64,000 nt of DNA from Sphagnum compactum (lineage: Eukaryota), in the NCBI GenBank assembly GCA_965153455.1, contig OZ234493.1, positions 10,468,213 to 10,532,212 of the forward strand, given 5' to 3'. Below are positions 24,640-36,700 of this stretch, piece after piece (the first letter of the stretch is position 1; each line of letters starts with the position of its first letter). Under the pieces are notes generated by a model. It was given only the letters and a program-made list of their open reading frames with translations, was not told the origin of the DNA and searched no databases. Both the position numbers and the translations under genes were made by a program.

Positions 24640-26196
24640 TCTTATATGCAACTTCTTGAATCTTCTTCATTGATGTCATATTCCTTAAATGTTTTTCTAG
24701 GTTTTGGGTTAGTCCAAGATAGATTCTTTGGTTTGGTATGCAACTTAGGTGGAAAATTAAGTTTGGTTTTCTTTCTATGCCTACTTCCAATTTTACTATT
24801 AGGTCTTGTATCAACCGTAATAGCCACTATTATTACATTGATTGGTGTGTTATGATGATAGACCTTTAGTTTATTAATGTTTACTCTCTTTACCCCCTCA
24901 TCACTTATGGTTAACAACTCCATTGTGTTGTTATCAAACTTTTTTGTATTTTAAAAGAACCCTTTCAAGGTAATGTAAATTTACCTCCTTTTATTTTTGT
25001 AGCTTTAGGCATCCATAGTACTAACTCTCCTTCCCTAAAAGTTTTTATCTTTCCTTTTTCATCCCTTTGTTCTTTGCATAACAGTTGAATATGGTTATTA
25101 TTTTCTTTGACTTGCCAACGAGTTTCATCCAATATAAATAAATTCGAACCATCCTTACCTAGATAGCTTTGTTTAGGTCTTCTTGGGGTACATCGCATAC
25201 TCTTTTGGTTAGTACTGCAAATTTTGTTAACATAATTGGTTGAGTATCGTAAACCAACTCAAAAGGTGTATATTAAGTTGTCACCTTATAAGCCATTCAA
25301 TATGCCCATAGATTAGTGATTAACATTACATCCCAATCTGTTCGGTTTGCATTTACAAACTTGGTTAATATTTTACCCAATGTTTTGTTAGTTGATTCGG
25401 CTTGCTCGTTCCCTTGCGAATAGTAGGTAGTTGGCTTATGATGTGAAATCATAAAATCTTCCACAAGTATTTCAATAGTTTTATTAATTAAACGATTGTC
25501 TTTTTCACTTACAAGATGGGTCGGGCAACCAAATCGTTTGTTCATAAATAAATTTAACAGTGCTTTTAGCCATATTATTTCGAAATGCCTTCGCTTCTAC
25601 CCATTTAGTGGTATAGTTAATTGCTATTAGATGATATATTGATTTTCAGTATATCTTGCTGTCAGTTTGACTAGTCCCATAAAATCAAGACCCCATTTCA
25701 TGAAGGGTTCAAATGCCATAAGCGATTTGAGTGGCCCTTTACCACTTTGCCATATGGGTTCTAAGCATTGGCAAATATCACAATTTTGACATAATTCCAT
25801 AGCATCTTTATGCATAGTGGGCCACCAATAGCCTGAAGATAATTTTTTTTCAATAATATTCATACCAAAATGCCCACCAGCCAGCCTTTCATGAAAATCT
25901 TCCAATATTTTAGACACCTCTTTTGGAATTAAACATTATCGTAGGACCCCATCTAATCCTAATTTATATAATTGTCCATCATATAATGTGTAAGGCCTAA
26001 CCTTTATGACAATTATATTTATCTCCTTTTTAGGTACATTATTATTAAAATATCCTTCTTTAAATATTTTATGATGGGACCATACCAATCGATTCCTACA
26101 TTAAATAGATGAACGTTAAGTAATTGATCATCTACTCCTTTTGTTGGTTCCCCATGACTAATTTTGGACAAGTGATCCGGTAAGAAATGAACTTTA
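24640..26196 (-). mobile_element. Ty3/gypsy pol remnant: RNase H end and integrase (pseudogenised)
   Basis: HHCC finger FHERLAGGHFG...GYWWPTMHKDAMELCQNCDICQ, PFMKWGLDFMG, YYSQGNEQAESTNKTL, DWDVMLITNLWAY, C-terminal FREGELVLW...VNINKLKVY; many stops and frameshifts. Confidence 0.92.
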
Positions 26197-27084
26197 TATT
26201 AGTAGACATTCTAGGTTTTGTAATTATCATTTGCAACAAAATTTAGTTGCATGTAACACATGTAGCTATAAATTCATGTAGTTGCCTAAGACAAGTCGCA
26301 CATGACATTTAGTTGCATGCGACACTACGTATACAACATGTATATACGATGCTAATATATGTGTTCATCCATACAAACCAATCTAAATGTAGTTGCACCT
26401 TATGTGCAACCTTCCTTGCAATTACAGTGCAACTAATCAAAATACAACACATGTTTAAAAATTGAACGACTTGCTTGTGGACATGTGTCATTTTAAAATT
26501 ATTATTTTTTCAAAATTAAAAATTCATTAGATTAATTTCAATCATTAAAGCTTTTGCCACTAGGATGATGATATGTGGCACACCATGCAACGTTCATTGA
26601 CCATGTGTCACATGTCCATTTTTAAACACCAATTATATGGTGACATGTGGCAATTAAGCCCCACCTTTTTATTTTTAAATATTAATTAATGAAATCTAAA
26701 TTGTCCAATTTAAGGTTAATAAGATGTTGACACATGGTGCCTACGTAGGTAGGTAATTATTACACCCTACTAAGTAGATAGGTTTACATAGGTATGTAAA
26801 TAGGTTGAAAGGTAGCTAGGCTTAAGCTATATAAGTATGTTTGGAATTATTTTATTTTATTTTAAAGTTTAACCATTTAATTAAAGTTAAGTTTTTTGTT
26901 TTTAGTTCATCCCAAATGGTACTTGATATTTGGTTAATACATGGCTATTAGACCTAATTATACATTGTGTAAAATTTGATTGGAAGCCAAAAGATATGGG
27001 ATAAAAAATTCCATTGCAAACCTCATGAACCAATTTAGTTACACATTAGATGCTAGTACTATATTAGGGTAGACCGGCCCAGGG

Positions 27085-27510
27085 AGGGCTCTGTTGCTTC
27101 TAGTGTCCAAACAAAACTTGAAGCCCTCCTCTTGGCACATTCAACACACTAAGAATCGTCGAAAACATATTAGAAATGAGAATGTTATGCCCCCCCAAAG
27201 TAAAAGGGGGTCAAAAATTTAAAAAAACAAACCATTGAACACTACAAAGGCTCGTTCTTAAATGCTCAAAAATTTCCTTGTATGTTGTTCTATTGTTATT
27301 AGAGTTCAAAGATGATTTGTAAAACTTCAAGTGGCATTCCTATAGCACTTTAAATCGTTTAAAATGAATAAGAAATTAAAAAGTTATGAGTTTTGAAAGT
27401 AGGAGGGGTCCAAAAAGAAAAAAGTCTGTAACTTGGAAAGGTTACTTTTTCTCTTTTTCTTCTTGTTAACTTTTCATTACTCCTTTTCCTTTGCACTTCA
27501 AAGATGATTG
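27085..27510 (+). mobile_element. Dispersed repeat nested in the CACTA element
   Basis: gggctctgttgcttctagtgtccaaacaaaacttgaa...gcacttcaaagatgatt is colinear with 57558-58060. Confidence 0.75.
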
Positions 27511-27884
27511 TAGGATATTTTAAATAATTATGATTACTTATAATGAATTTTTAATATTATTATCCAGCTTAAATTAGTGTAGCCTATTTACCATAAATAT
27601 TTTAACATAAATAATAAAGTTTAACTTATTGAATATGTGTGTGTGTGTGTGTGTGTGTATTATTGATTATCATTATAATTATAATGAAAATTTAATTATT
27701 AATAATTATGATTACTTATTATAAATTTTAATATTATCATATTAATTAGTTCTGAATTTATTTTTTTGTTTAATCAAATTTACATTTTCTAAAAAAGTTC
27801 CAAATAAAATAAAATAAAAAAGTTATACTTGCCAAAATATATTTTAAAATATATTTGATAAATAAAATTGTAATACATATTACC

Positions 27885-28145
27885 ATGGTTAGTTTAAACT
27901 AATTTAATTTAGCATAAATTAGTTTAGTTATAATTAGTTTAATCTAACCTAATTAACCATGATTAATTTTAGCTCAATTTATTTTTGTTTAATTTATTTA
28001 AACCATAATTAATTTAGCCTAATTTAGTTTAGCCTTAATCAATTTAGCCTAATGTAGTTTAGCCAAATTTAATTTAACTATAATTAGTTTAGCCTAACTT
28101 AATTTAGCCATGGTTAATTTAAGCTAGCCTTAGTTAGCATGGGTT
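27885..28145. repeat. AT-rich ~10-bp degenerate tandem repeat (AATTTAGCCT-like)
   Basis: Repeated aatttagcct, agtttagcc and aatttaacta units. Confidence 0.7.
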
Positions 28146-28425
28146 TAATCTTAATATTAAAGGTATATAATACTATTATACATAACTTATGTAGATATAT
28201 TAAGTATATTAATTTAAATATGTATTAGTTTAGGCCATTATTTTTATGACACATGTCCATGTTACATACATTCAGTTGCACGTTAGTTGCACACATAATC
28301 ATATGCCCAAAAATTATACAATATCAAATTTGTAGTTGTAAACATGACCTAGATAGTTGCAAATGATAGTTAATTACATGCTAGTTGCATAGTGATTAGT
28401 TGTAAAGATAGAATTTCTACTAGTG

Positions 28426-28575
28426 CTACTTGGTTTGTAGATAATTTTAAAATCAAACTTTTGTAACAGTAAAAGCCATATGGCAATTCGACTTGTTATT
28501 GTTGGTTTGTTCACCAAATACAATAATGCTTGATGATTTACAAAAAAAAAAAACTATTTCCTAATAAATAGTAGC
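28426..28575 (-). mobile_element. Ty3/gypsy RNase H remnant, upstream half of the pol frame split by the CACTA
   Basis: Minus strand YYLLGNSF..FVNHQALLYLVNKPTITSRIAIWLLLLQKFDFKIIYKPS continues into (K/R)VHFLPDHLSKI at 26196. Confidence 0.85.
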
Positions 28576-30243
28576 ACTCCATACCTATGTAAGGAAAAAC
28601 TTACTTTTGAAGGTCTTAACATTGTCATAATGAAATATTTAAGTTTCAAAAAATGTGTATCTATATGTTTGATGGCTCAAACATTAATAACACATATTTG
28701 AATAGTTTCATTTGGAAAAAATATTTTATATAAACTTGTAATAAATAAATAAAATAACTTGAATAATAATATAGATTGGGGATGACCATATATGGTTTAT
28801 TTAATATGGCAATATACCCCAAAATTATAACATTGGTAAAAGGACTAAAATTCAAAAATTCAAACTCTATTTTCCACCTACTTTTACTTTTTGAGGAAGG
28901 ATCACCAATTGGCCTACTTTAACATGTTTTGTGCCTTGGGCTTTAGGTTGTTATTGATTAGTGGTCAAGGTGAACCAAACAGTCACCCATGCACCACAAC
29001 TTTTGACTGGTAGTGCTTTTCAATGGAAGAAAAAAAGTCATGTACTTTTTAAACTCTTTTTTTGTCAAAGAGAACTATGTTTTTGTTAGAGTTGTTTTGT
29101 TTTGAAATAAGTCCAAGTGCATTCTCAATCTCTTTTTCTCTTACAAAAATTTCTAAGAGTAGGAAGATTGGTCCATTTTGGGATGTTTGTTTTGCAAGGA
29201 TTTAATACTTTCTAAAACCAAGGGCGACGTTTCTTCCAACATTAACTTACCACCATTCACATCAATTGATTGATTGCCCTTTCTTAACAAATTCCTCTCT
29301 GATGTGTTTTGTTTAGGGTGTGTGTGTTTATGAGTGTTGGGTGGTCGTTTCTTTGTTTTTTTTCACATTAATAAGTGATTGGTAAGTGTCAAGTTTATGA
29401 ATGACAGTGGTTCGCAAATGGAAGAACTAGGTTTCAATCAATGTTGTTTAGTTTTTTATTTCAAAAAGAACCTTTCATTTCAAATTTGATTTAAATTTTT
29501 TTGATAGAATATTTGATTTGATCATAAGATTAGTTTTTTTTAAAATCTAAAATCTTTAGTTCTAGTCATTTTCACAAAAAAATTAGAACCAATCCAATTT
29601 GACTCAAGTCTAATTCCATTTTCAAAAACCAAACACACAATTAAATGAAAAAAAATGTAATATTAGTTTGTTCAATTAATGAACACAATTCAAAATAAAG
29701 ATTTTATAATGATAATTATGTATAACTAATCAAATGTAGGGTCAAATTCATATTTTTTAATTGAAATTATATTTATGTACCTAGAGAATTTGAACTTTAA
29801 AAAAATGGGGTAGCACCCAAGGTTTAGGTTTTAGCTCAATTTTAAAAATAGGTTGATTCCTCAACTAGATTCTTTTGATAGTTCCAATAAAACTTGAAAC
29901 CGTTAGTCCAAAGACCTTATAACTTCACCTATTTAACCTAGATTTGAACCTATTGAAATTTAAAAACTTGTCAACATTGGTTTGAACCAACATGCTAGTT
30001 CTCTACCATAAATATATATCGAAAACCAATCAAAGAACTTACCTTGTTTTCTCAAATTTTTGCTAATTGAAGAAATACCCTAACCTATTAGTTTTTCTTG
30101 CCAATTTTTTGAAAAAACCTACTAGTTTTTCTAAAAATTGTTAAAATCTTAAAAGTGATCATTATTTTATTTTGCATAAATAAAGGAACAAGGGTTTTTT
30201 TGATTTTGAACTTTTTCAAACAATTTGGAACCTAAGGTATAAG

Positions 30244-30665
30244 TAGTGTTGACTGGCCATTGATTTTTTCATAACCATGTGATATGTTATTTTTAAGAAA
30301 TTGGGCATCAATTAGGTTATCAATAATTTTTGGTGATAACTATTGATTGTGATAAGGATAGGTTTTTAGATACCTAATTGATTGTCATCAATTAACCTAC
30401 AAGTTATACATTGGTCATCAAGTTTTTAAAAAAATTAACAATAAAAAAACTCCTTTTTTTATTATAAGAATGTTTATTGTTTAATGAACCCACCTAGATG
30501 AAACTAAGTCATCCAGTAGGTTATTAGATTTTAAAACCTCAATATCAAGTGGTAGGTTATTAAATGGTTATTAAAAAATCAATAACCAACTTGTACGTTA
30601 ATTAATAATTGGATTGATAACACAACTGATAATTATGGCCAAAACACAACAACTGGCCAACACTT
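30244..30665. mobile_element. hAT-like MITE (decayed)
   Basis: Termini tagtgttgactggcc / actggccaacactt; possible 8-bp TSD ggtataag / gttataac (6 of 8 match). Confidence 0.4.
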
Positions 30666-33235
30666 GTTATAACAAAGTCAAAGAGCTGCCCAACACTCTT
30701 GGACTTGAGTGAAAAATGTGTTTGAAAAGCAATTGGTGTAGTTGAAATGTGTAGTGAAATGTTGTTAATGGAAATACATACAATAAAATCATTTGATATT
30801 CTAAAAGTCATGGACTATTGTAGTAAACTTTTTTAAACACTTGATGGAACAATAATAAAATATTGGATAATGTTTTAAAATTGGTTGTTACCTCAAACAA
30901 ATTAAGAATGTTTTTCCTTTTAACTTGGGTTGCTTGGACTTTATCACGAAAGTTAGTTTAACAATTTTGTGATACAATATTCGCTACCAAAAATTGGTCA
31001 TTCCTAACCAAATCCCAAGTCCACAATGGTAAAAATGATGCTTACCAAGGGTTTCATGGTGATCCAATTTTTTTAAAAGCCATAACTTTGTCCTTAATTT
31101 ACCAATATTTTTCACATCATTCTTTATCAAAACCTATGGGTAAATCCAAAAAAGGAAAGTTTGACTTGACACTAGCCTTGATTTCTTCTTGGAGACCCTT
31201 GGGGTAAGTTTACAATCTCAACATCCAAAGTGCACAAGTTGTGGTTTGTTCATAAGGTGGTTCACACTCTTCCCATTTCTCGTCATTTTGTGTTAAGTAT
31301 TTTGTATTAAGCTTGAAAATTGTATCCAATTCTTTATGTTGTGTAAGGCTCAAGGAGGGGTGGGGGGGCTTTCCCAAAAGTGAGGATTTAGACACTATGA
31401 TATGGCTAAAATGCTCACCTCTCATCATCAAGCTTTGCCCTGCACTTACCATGTAATGTGTTATGGAACCAACATAACAAACTTGATGTTGTGATATAAT
31501 TACACTTTTGTACTAACCAAAAAGAAGTTCACATGATAAATGACCATAATAGTATTATGTGAACTAATTTAGACAACACAAGTGAAGCACATGATCTCAA
31601 CAATGGAGGTGAAAGGGTTAGGGATTAGAAGTCAATAACAAAAAATGATGGCCTTTTTAATTTCAAATTCTAAAGTCTTAGTAATAGTTGAAGGCTCTAG
31701 CTCAATAATTGATGGGATATTTTTTCAATTGAAAATTTGGATTATAATTTTCTCTATTTGTTTTATTATTTAAAACATAAATAATGCACATGATTTTCTC
31801 TTCTATATTTAATTCCTTTTGTGTCGTGATTTCTTTGGATTTTCAATATGAAAATTTGAGCTAAGGTTTTTGGATTGATAGAAGAATTTGATTATTCTAG
31901 CATTGTTGTTCAATGAATAAGAAAACGAATTTCAAAATCACTAAAGTATAAAGAATAAAAGAATATCCTCCTTTTTACTTACATTTTATTTTGTCATTGG
32001 ACAAAGTGGCCTCCAAAAGAAAAATCATTGTGGGGGCATTATCTTTGTGTAAAGATATAGGGCACCCATGCCATGTAATATACCTACGTATGGGGGCACA
32101 TTACCAAATGAAACAATGTTTCACCCCTTTGATTAACCTTGTATAAGCGAGAAGAAAAGATTGAAAAATTAAAATAGAACCACCCATCACCAAACACTTT
32201 TCAATATTTTCCTCATTCCTTAACCGAATAAAGTGGCTTTTGTGTCATTGGACAGGGAAATTGGAAGGTTACAAATGTTCATTCAACGAAAAAAAAAGAA
32301 GGAGCAATGCAAAAAACACAAGAAGAGGATGAATGATAGTTTGTTCTTTTTTTGAAAAAAATAGCTCTAGACCCCTCTCTAATTCCAACCTTAGTTCTTC
32401 TTCATTTTTTTGTCCAATTTGAGTGATTTAAAACGTGATGGGTGTGTTAATTAAAAATTAAACCCTAAACCTAGGCTTTACAAAACTTGTTCATATTCCA
32501 AACACAAAGATGCAAGGATCAAATATTTTAAATTGAAAATCCTAATATGTTTTAATTCACGCATCACTCAACATTGAACCCCATTAAACCAAACACCCCA
32601 TGTCTTCCCCATTCCTTTATTAATTAAACAAATAGTACAACATTGGAAGTGTTAGGTGGAGGGCTACAAATGTTTTGCAACCTTCAGAAGTAGAGGAAGA
32701 ATGTGTGAGCATTCAACATCCTTTGAGTTTTTAACTGTTTGTGCATTAGCATATCTACCTTGAACGACCTCATTTTGCTTGGCATAAATGTTTTTCCAAA
32801 AGCTCCATCACTTAAAATTTAAGGTATAACATACAATATGAATTTAAAAGAAACCCATTGTGTATTACACTTAGAATATCTCCACTGGTAGTAGTAGCAA
32901 AATGGCATGTACACAATACTTGGATAAAGTGCAACCTTTAAATTGCATAAAATTAAGTTTGAACCATGGTTTTAAAATTCAATTTTGCGACATTAAAAAC
33001 TTGCTTGGGGTAAGCATGATGCTTAGTTTCGGTTGTCAACTTCTTATCATGGAATGTTGGATTTGCTCAACACCGTTTTGTGACAACCAAAAAAAATTAA
33101 ATTGTGGTCCACAAGTTTTGGGGACAAATTTCCCATTTCGGTCGACAAACTCAAGGAGAAACCGGTCGACAATCGTCCTCCAAAGACAACAACGGTCTCT
33201 CATTCCGATCTGTAGATCCTCTCCTCTCTAAACTG

Positions 33236-33417
33236 AAACCCTATTTCAGAATTTCGATTTGCAGCTGCAAATGGCATTGATGCACACGGCGACTTTCCAA
33301 AGCAGTAGAAGAGATTACACAACCACATGTGCTTGCCTGATGCATCAGTTCATTGAGGATTGATCCATCAGTAGTAATAGCAGGAGGGAAGAAGTACACT
33401 AGGGTTCATTAGGGTTT
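33236..33417 (+). promoter_or_regulatory. Telo-box-like motifs upstream of USE1
   Basis: aaacccta at 33236 and tagggtt / tagggttt at ~33400-33417; such motifs are common near plant housekeeping gene starts. Confidence 0.35.
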
Positions 33418-33663
33418 GCTTCCATCAGAGCTCGCCTGCCCTTTAAGAAGTGCTTTATTAGGACATTGTTTGGAGTCTCGAGGGGTTAGATTTGTGCTCA
33501 AGTTTTGCAGTTTCAGTCTTTGGTGGCGTAGTTTTGATGTGTGAAAGGAGAGAACAAATATTGTGCGATTGAAGGGAATTTAGGTTTACACGGTGATGAT
33601 GGAGGAGGATGCAGGAAGATGTTGGTGAAGAAAGCTTAAAGGGACAGAACACAAGGTGTAAGA

Positions 33664-33688
33664 GCAGCAGCAGCAGCAGCAGCAGCAG
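33664..33688 (+). repeat. (CAG)8 microsatellite immediately upstream of the USE1 ATG
   Basis: gcagcagcagcagcagcagcagcag followed by actatATG. Confidence 0.9.
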
Positions 33689-33693
33689 ACTAT

Positions 33694-34461
33694 ATGGGAG
33701 TGTCGAGTATGGGAATGAGTAAGGCAGAGCTCCGGTTGAGGAGGCTATTAGCAGCACAAGTTCACCAGACTAATGATGCCAAGCTGGTGCACTATGTGAG
33801 CACTATGCGGGACTTGCTAAGCATGTTGACAGGTGATGTTGCACACCGAGATTTGCCATCCATCTCTGCTGCAAGGGCTAAAGAGTATGCTCAGCAGATT
33901 GAGCTTGTGGCCCAGAAACTCAAGGACCGAGTGGTGGTGCGTGATGTGATGGATACGAAGACTGCTGAGATTGGTGTGACTCAAGCTTCAGTTGACTGGA
34001 ATGAGCAGGCCAAGCAATTGTTACCTGGAAGAAACCCTGAACCCAGTAAAACTTTGTCTCCTTCACAAGCAGCTGTGTCACAAACATTGAGAAGGAGACT
34101 GCGGGGTGAAGATGGCAATGCAAAGCAGAGCAGTGAGATAGCCAGAGTAGATGCAGCAACACAGGCACTGGTGCAGAAACACAGGGAGCTGCAGGAGGGC
34201 CTCACAGATGAGATGGTGGTGCTAGCAGCACAACTTAAGGACAGCAGTATGCTAATGGATGTCAGCCTACGGGATACAGAGCATGTGCTTGATTCCACCG
34301 AAGCTGCTTTGGAACACAGCCTGGCCTCTACTAACCGTGTAAACTTGAGAGCGGGTAGACTATACTCTCAGAGTTGGAAAACAACTTGCCTGACTTGGCT
34401 TCTTCTCTTCCTTGTGTGTGGGTTGTTCTTGTTTATGGTCTTTCTCATTCGGGTTACTTAA
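33694..34461 (+). CDS. USE1: USE1-like Qc-SNARE for Golgi-to-ER retrograde transport; single exon, 255 aa (alternative start at 33709)
   Basis: N-terminus MGMSKAELRLRRLL...KLVHYVSTMR, SNARE motif HRELQEGLTDEMVVLAAQLKDSS...LDSTEAALEHSLAST, C-terminal TM anchor ending FLIRVT. Confidence 0.92.
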   Translation: MGVSSMGMSKAELRLRRLLAAQVHQTNDAKLVHYVSTMRDLLSMLTGDVAHRDLPSISAARAKEYAQQIELVAQKLKDRVVVRDVMDTKTAEIGVTQASVDWNEQAKQLLPGRNPEPSKTLSPSQAAVSQTLRRRLRGEDGNAKQSSEIARVDAATQALVQKHRELQEGLTDEMVVLAAQLKDSSMLMDVSLRDTEHVLDSTEAALEHSLASTNRVNLRAGRLYSQSWKTTCLTWLLLFLVCGLFLFMVFLIRVT

Positions 34462-35590
34462 TTGTATCTTTGTAGCAGCATAAAGAATATGGCTGCTGGA
34501 GATAATTGCAGATTCTCAAGTGTTGGGAGCTGAGGATGTGATTGGGGAGTCATGGCAGATATTCACTCCTATTCATGATGAAGATGACTATTGTTACCAT
34601 AGAAAAAGATCCTGGTTCCAGCAGAGCATCACTTCAGAGATTTTCATTCAATGCTGTGCTAGCTACTTGTGTTTGGATTACTTTTATTATGTGTTTTGTG
34701 GATTTGTTTTCTCTGCAATCTCATGAATATAAGAGGTCAGACATTGGCACCTGTGGTACCACATTGCAAAATCAGTTTGAGGTACTTGGTGTGTTTTTGC
34801 TTTGTCTTGGTGGGTTTAGGAAGAACTCTGCGCCTGCCATTTTTATTGCAGGATTCTTTGGAGTAAAGGTTTTTCAGATCACTGAGGGTAATTTGCACTT
34901 GCAAAACTATGTTGTGCTTCCATCATAGATGTACATGATTTGAGAGATTAGAAAGCGAATGGCGGCAGCAACAGGTATGCAGAAATCTGTGCATTTTACA
35001 ATCAAAATGGCGGCTATCTCTCAACAATTTTCTGTGCATACATTGATAAGATCCTGGTTTTTGCATGGAATTATTGCCTAGATGATGTGATCATCATGTC
35101 CAATGTTGCCTTGATGATCATATTTATGTGTGTGTGCATGTTTTTTTCTCCTTCACTTGTTATTGTTGCTTTCTATGTGAGGACATATCACACTAGAGCT
35201 TGCACATTTTGTGGCTGGTCCCAGTTAGAGGGAGTCCGACTGCATGCTTTTACAATTGCAGAATTGTAAACAATTGTGCAGTGGACAGTTTGCACATGAC
35301 ATCAAGGATCAGATGCATGAGAACTTTTGCGCTTACTTGACAAATACATAGAATGTTGAGAGGACAGCACTGCATGTGTTGTTACATCTGTTGAAGAAAA
35401 ATTCTTGTGGTAGGCTTTTTCAATCTGCTTTTTTTCTTGGGCATTTTGAGCATTTGATCATTTTGCTACATTCAAACAAACTGCTTTCAAGTACATGTAC
35501 CAGTGCAAAACATGGCAGAAGACCCCTGGTTATTGACAACAAAGTAATACATTGGAATGATGACGACCATGTAGAAAATACCTCATGTCT

Positions 35591-36700
35591 TCAGAACTGG
35601 AGGAACTGAGGCAAAGACCTCGAGAGCAGGCAACATTGCAGGATGTTTGCCTGTATGTAAGCCTCAATCTGATGGTCTAGGAAAGGTCCATTGTCCATGG
35701 TATACTCTTGTTCTGATCCCAGTAGTTGAACAGTGTTGCTCCCGTTACTTTGAACAACCAGGGAAGCTGCAAATGACAAGAGTGGGGAGGGTTTCACTGC
35801 CATGTCTGGCCTGCAGCTATTGACAGTGCTCGGTAAGAATGTGCCTTTTCTATTCTCCTTACCACCTTCAAATGGGCACAAATCTTCTGTTTGGATTTCA
35901 TCTTTGAGTCGTCTATTTGGCTCTTGCAGTTGGGTTGTGCTGCCTTTTCTTTGTTCATGTGATGCAGAGTGTAGTTGAACATAGAAACTGCTCAAAGTCA
36001 GAGATTCAACAACTTGTGCAGTTGTGCTACCTTCCATTCTCATGCAGTTTTTCCTTGGTTGCTGCTCCTCTACTGCATTATTGTGCATCCTTTGTCGGTG
36101 AATCCTATATATGCGGTATTGTGTAGGTGTAGGTAAGATTACAGGAGCATTTCCATGATTGATTTCGCCACTTCTGCTATCAGACCACCCTTGATTGCAT
36201 GTGGACAAACAGTTGGACCAGTCTTCCCTATCCCAACACTCAGTGGGTTTGCGACAACTCATGCATGTCATGAGTTCATGGTTTTCAGTGATTGTTTTGG
36301 TATCTAATTGAAACTCAGGTGCACCACATTTTGTTTGCCAATTTTGGCAGTTCAATACATGATTGAACGTGTCTGTCATGATCTCATTCCAAAGGATGAC
36401 ATACAACACATGTCCATAACTAGATGAACTTAACAAGGAACGTTGTTTATCAACATGAACCTTCATTGAAGCAAGAGCTAATGTTTGATCTTGAGAGCTT
36501 GCAGATGTGTGAGGAGCTGTTAGTGCAAGATATGGACCACGCCCTTGTTTGGCGCAAGCAGCCTCAACATGGTCAACCGATAGCTTGACCAAAGATTTCA
36601 ATAGACAGACCTGCTCATTCTTGGCATCATCCTTGAGTGCTGCCAATTGATCTGGTTGCAATGAACAATTTGGCCTAGCCCCTCTTGTGCTCTTGCTCAT
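35591..36700 (-). CDS. Orphan 369-aa ORF, no recognisable domain
   Basis: ATG-initiated, stop-free 1110-nt frame in non-repetitive sequence, convergent with USE1. Confidence 0.4.
   Translation of the reverse strand: MSKSTRGARPNCSLQPDQLAALKDDAKNEQVCLLKSLVKLSVDHVEAACAKQGRGPYLALTAPHTSASSQDQTLALASMKVHVDKQRSLLSSSSYGHVLYVILWNEIMTDTFNHVLNCQNWQTKCGAPEFQLDTKTITENHELMTCMSCRKPTECWDREDWSNCLSTCNQGWSDSRSGEINHGNAPVILPTPTQYRIYRIHRQRMHNNAVEEQQPRKNCMRMEGSTTAQVVESLTLSSFYVQLHSASHEQRKGSTTQLQEPNRRLKDEIQTEDLCPFEGGKENRKGTFLPSTVNSCRPDMAVKPSPLLSFAASLVVQSNGSNTVQLLGSEQEYTMDNGPFLDHQIEAYIQANILQCCLLSRSLPQFLQF

Larger units (their letters stand above)
26197..28425. mobile_element. Non-autonomous CACTA (En/Spm) element inserted in gypsy pol
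   Basis: Right TIR tagaatttctactagtg (CACTAGTAGAAATTCTA); left TIR tattagtagacattcta; 3-bp TSD tta/cta; subterminal tagttgca repeats at both ends. Confidence 0.8.

Noticed and set aside
30670-31600. Possible decayed minus-strand coding sequence
   Set aside because: It has many stops and no motif I can assign.
34520-34928. Short ORFs after USE1 that recur at 48848-49103
   Set aside because: The recurrence is explained by the recent duplication; this is most likely 3' UTR.
7351-36700. Biosynthetic gene cluster around the P450
   Set aside because: No other enzyme genes are present; the neighbours are transposons and a SNARE.
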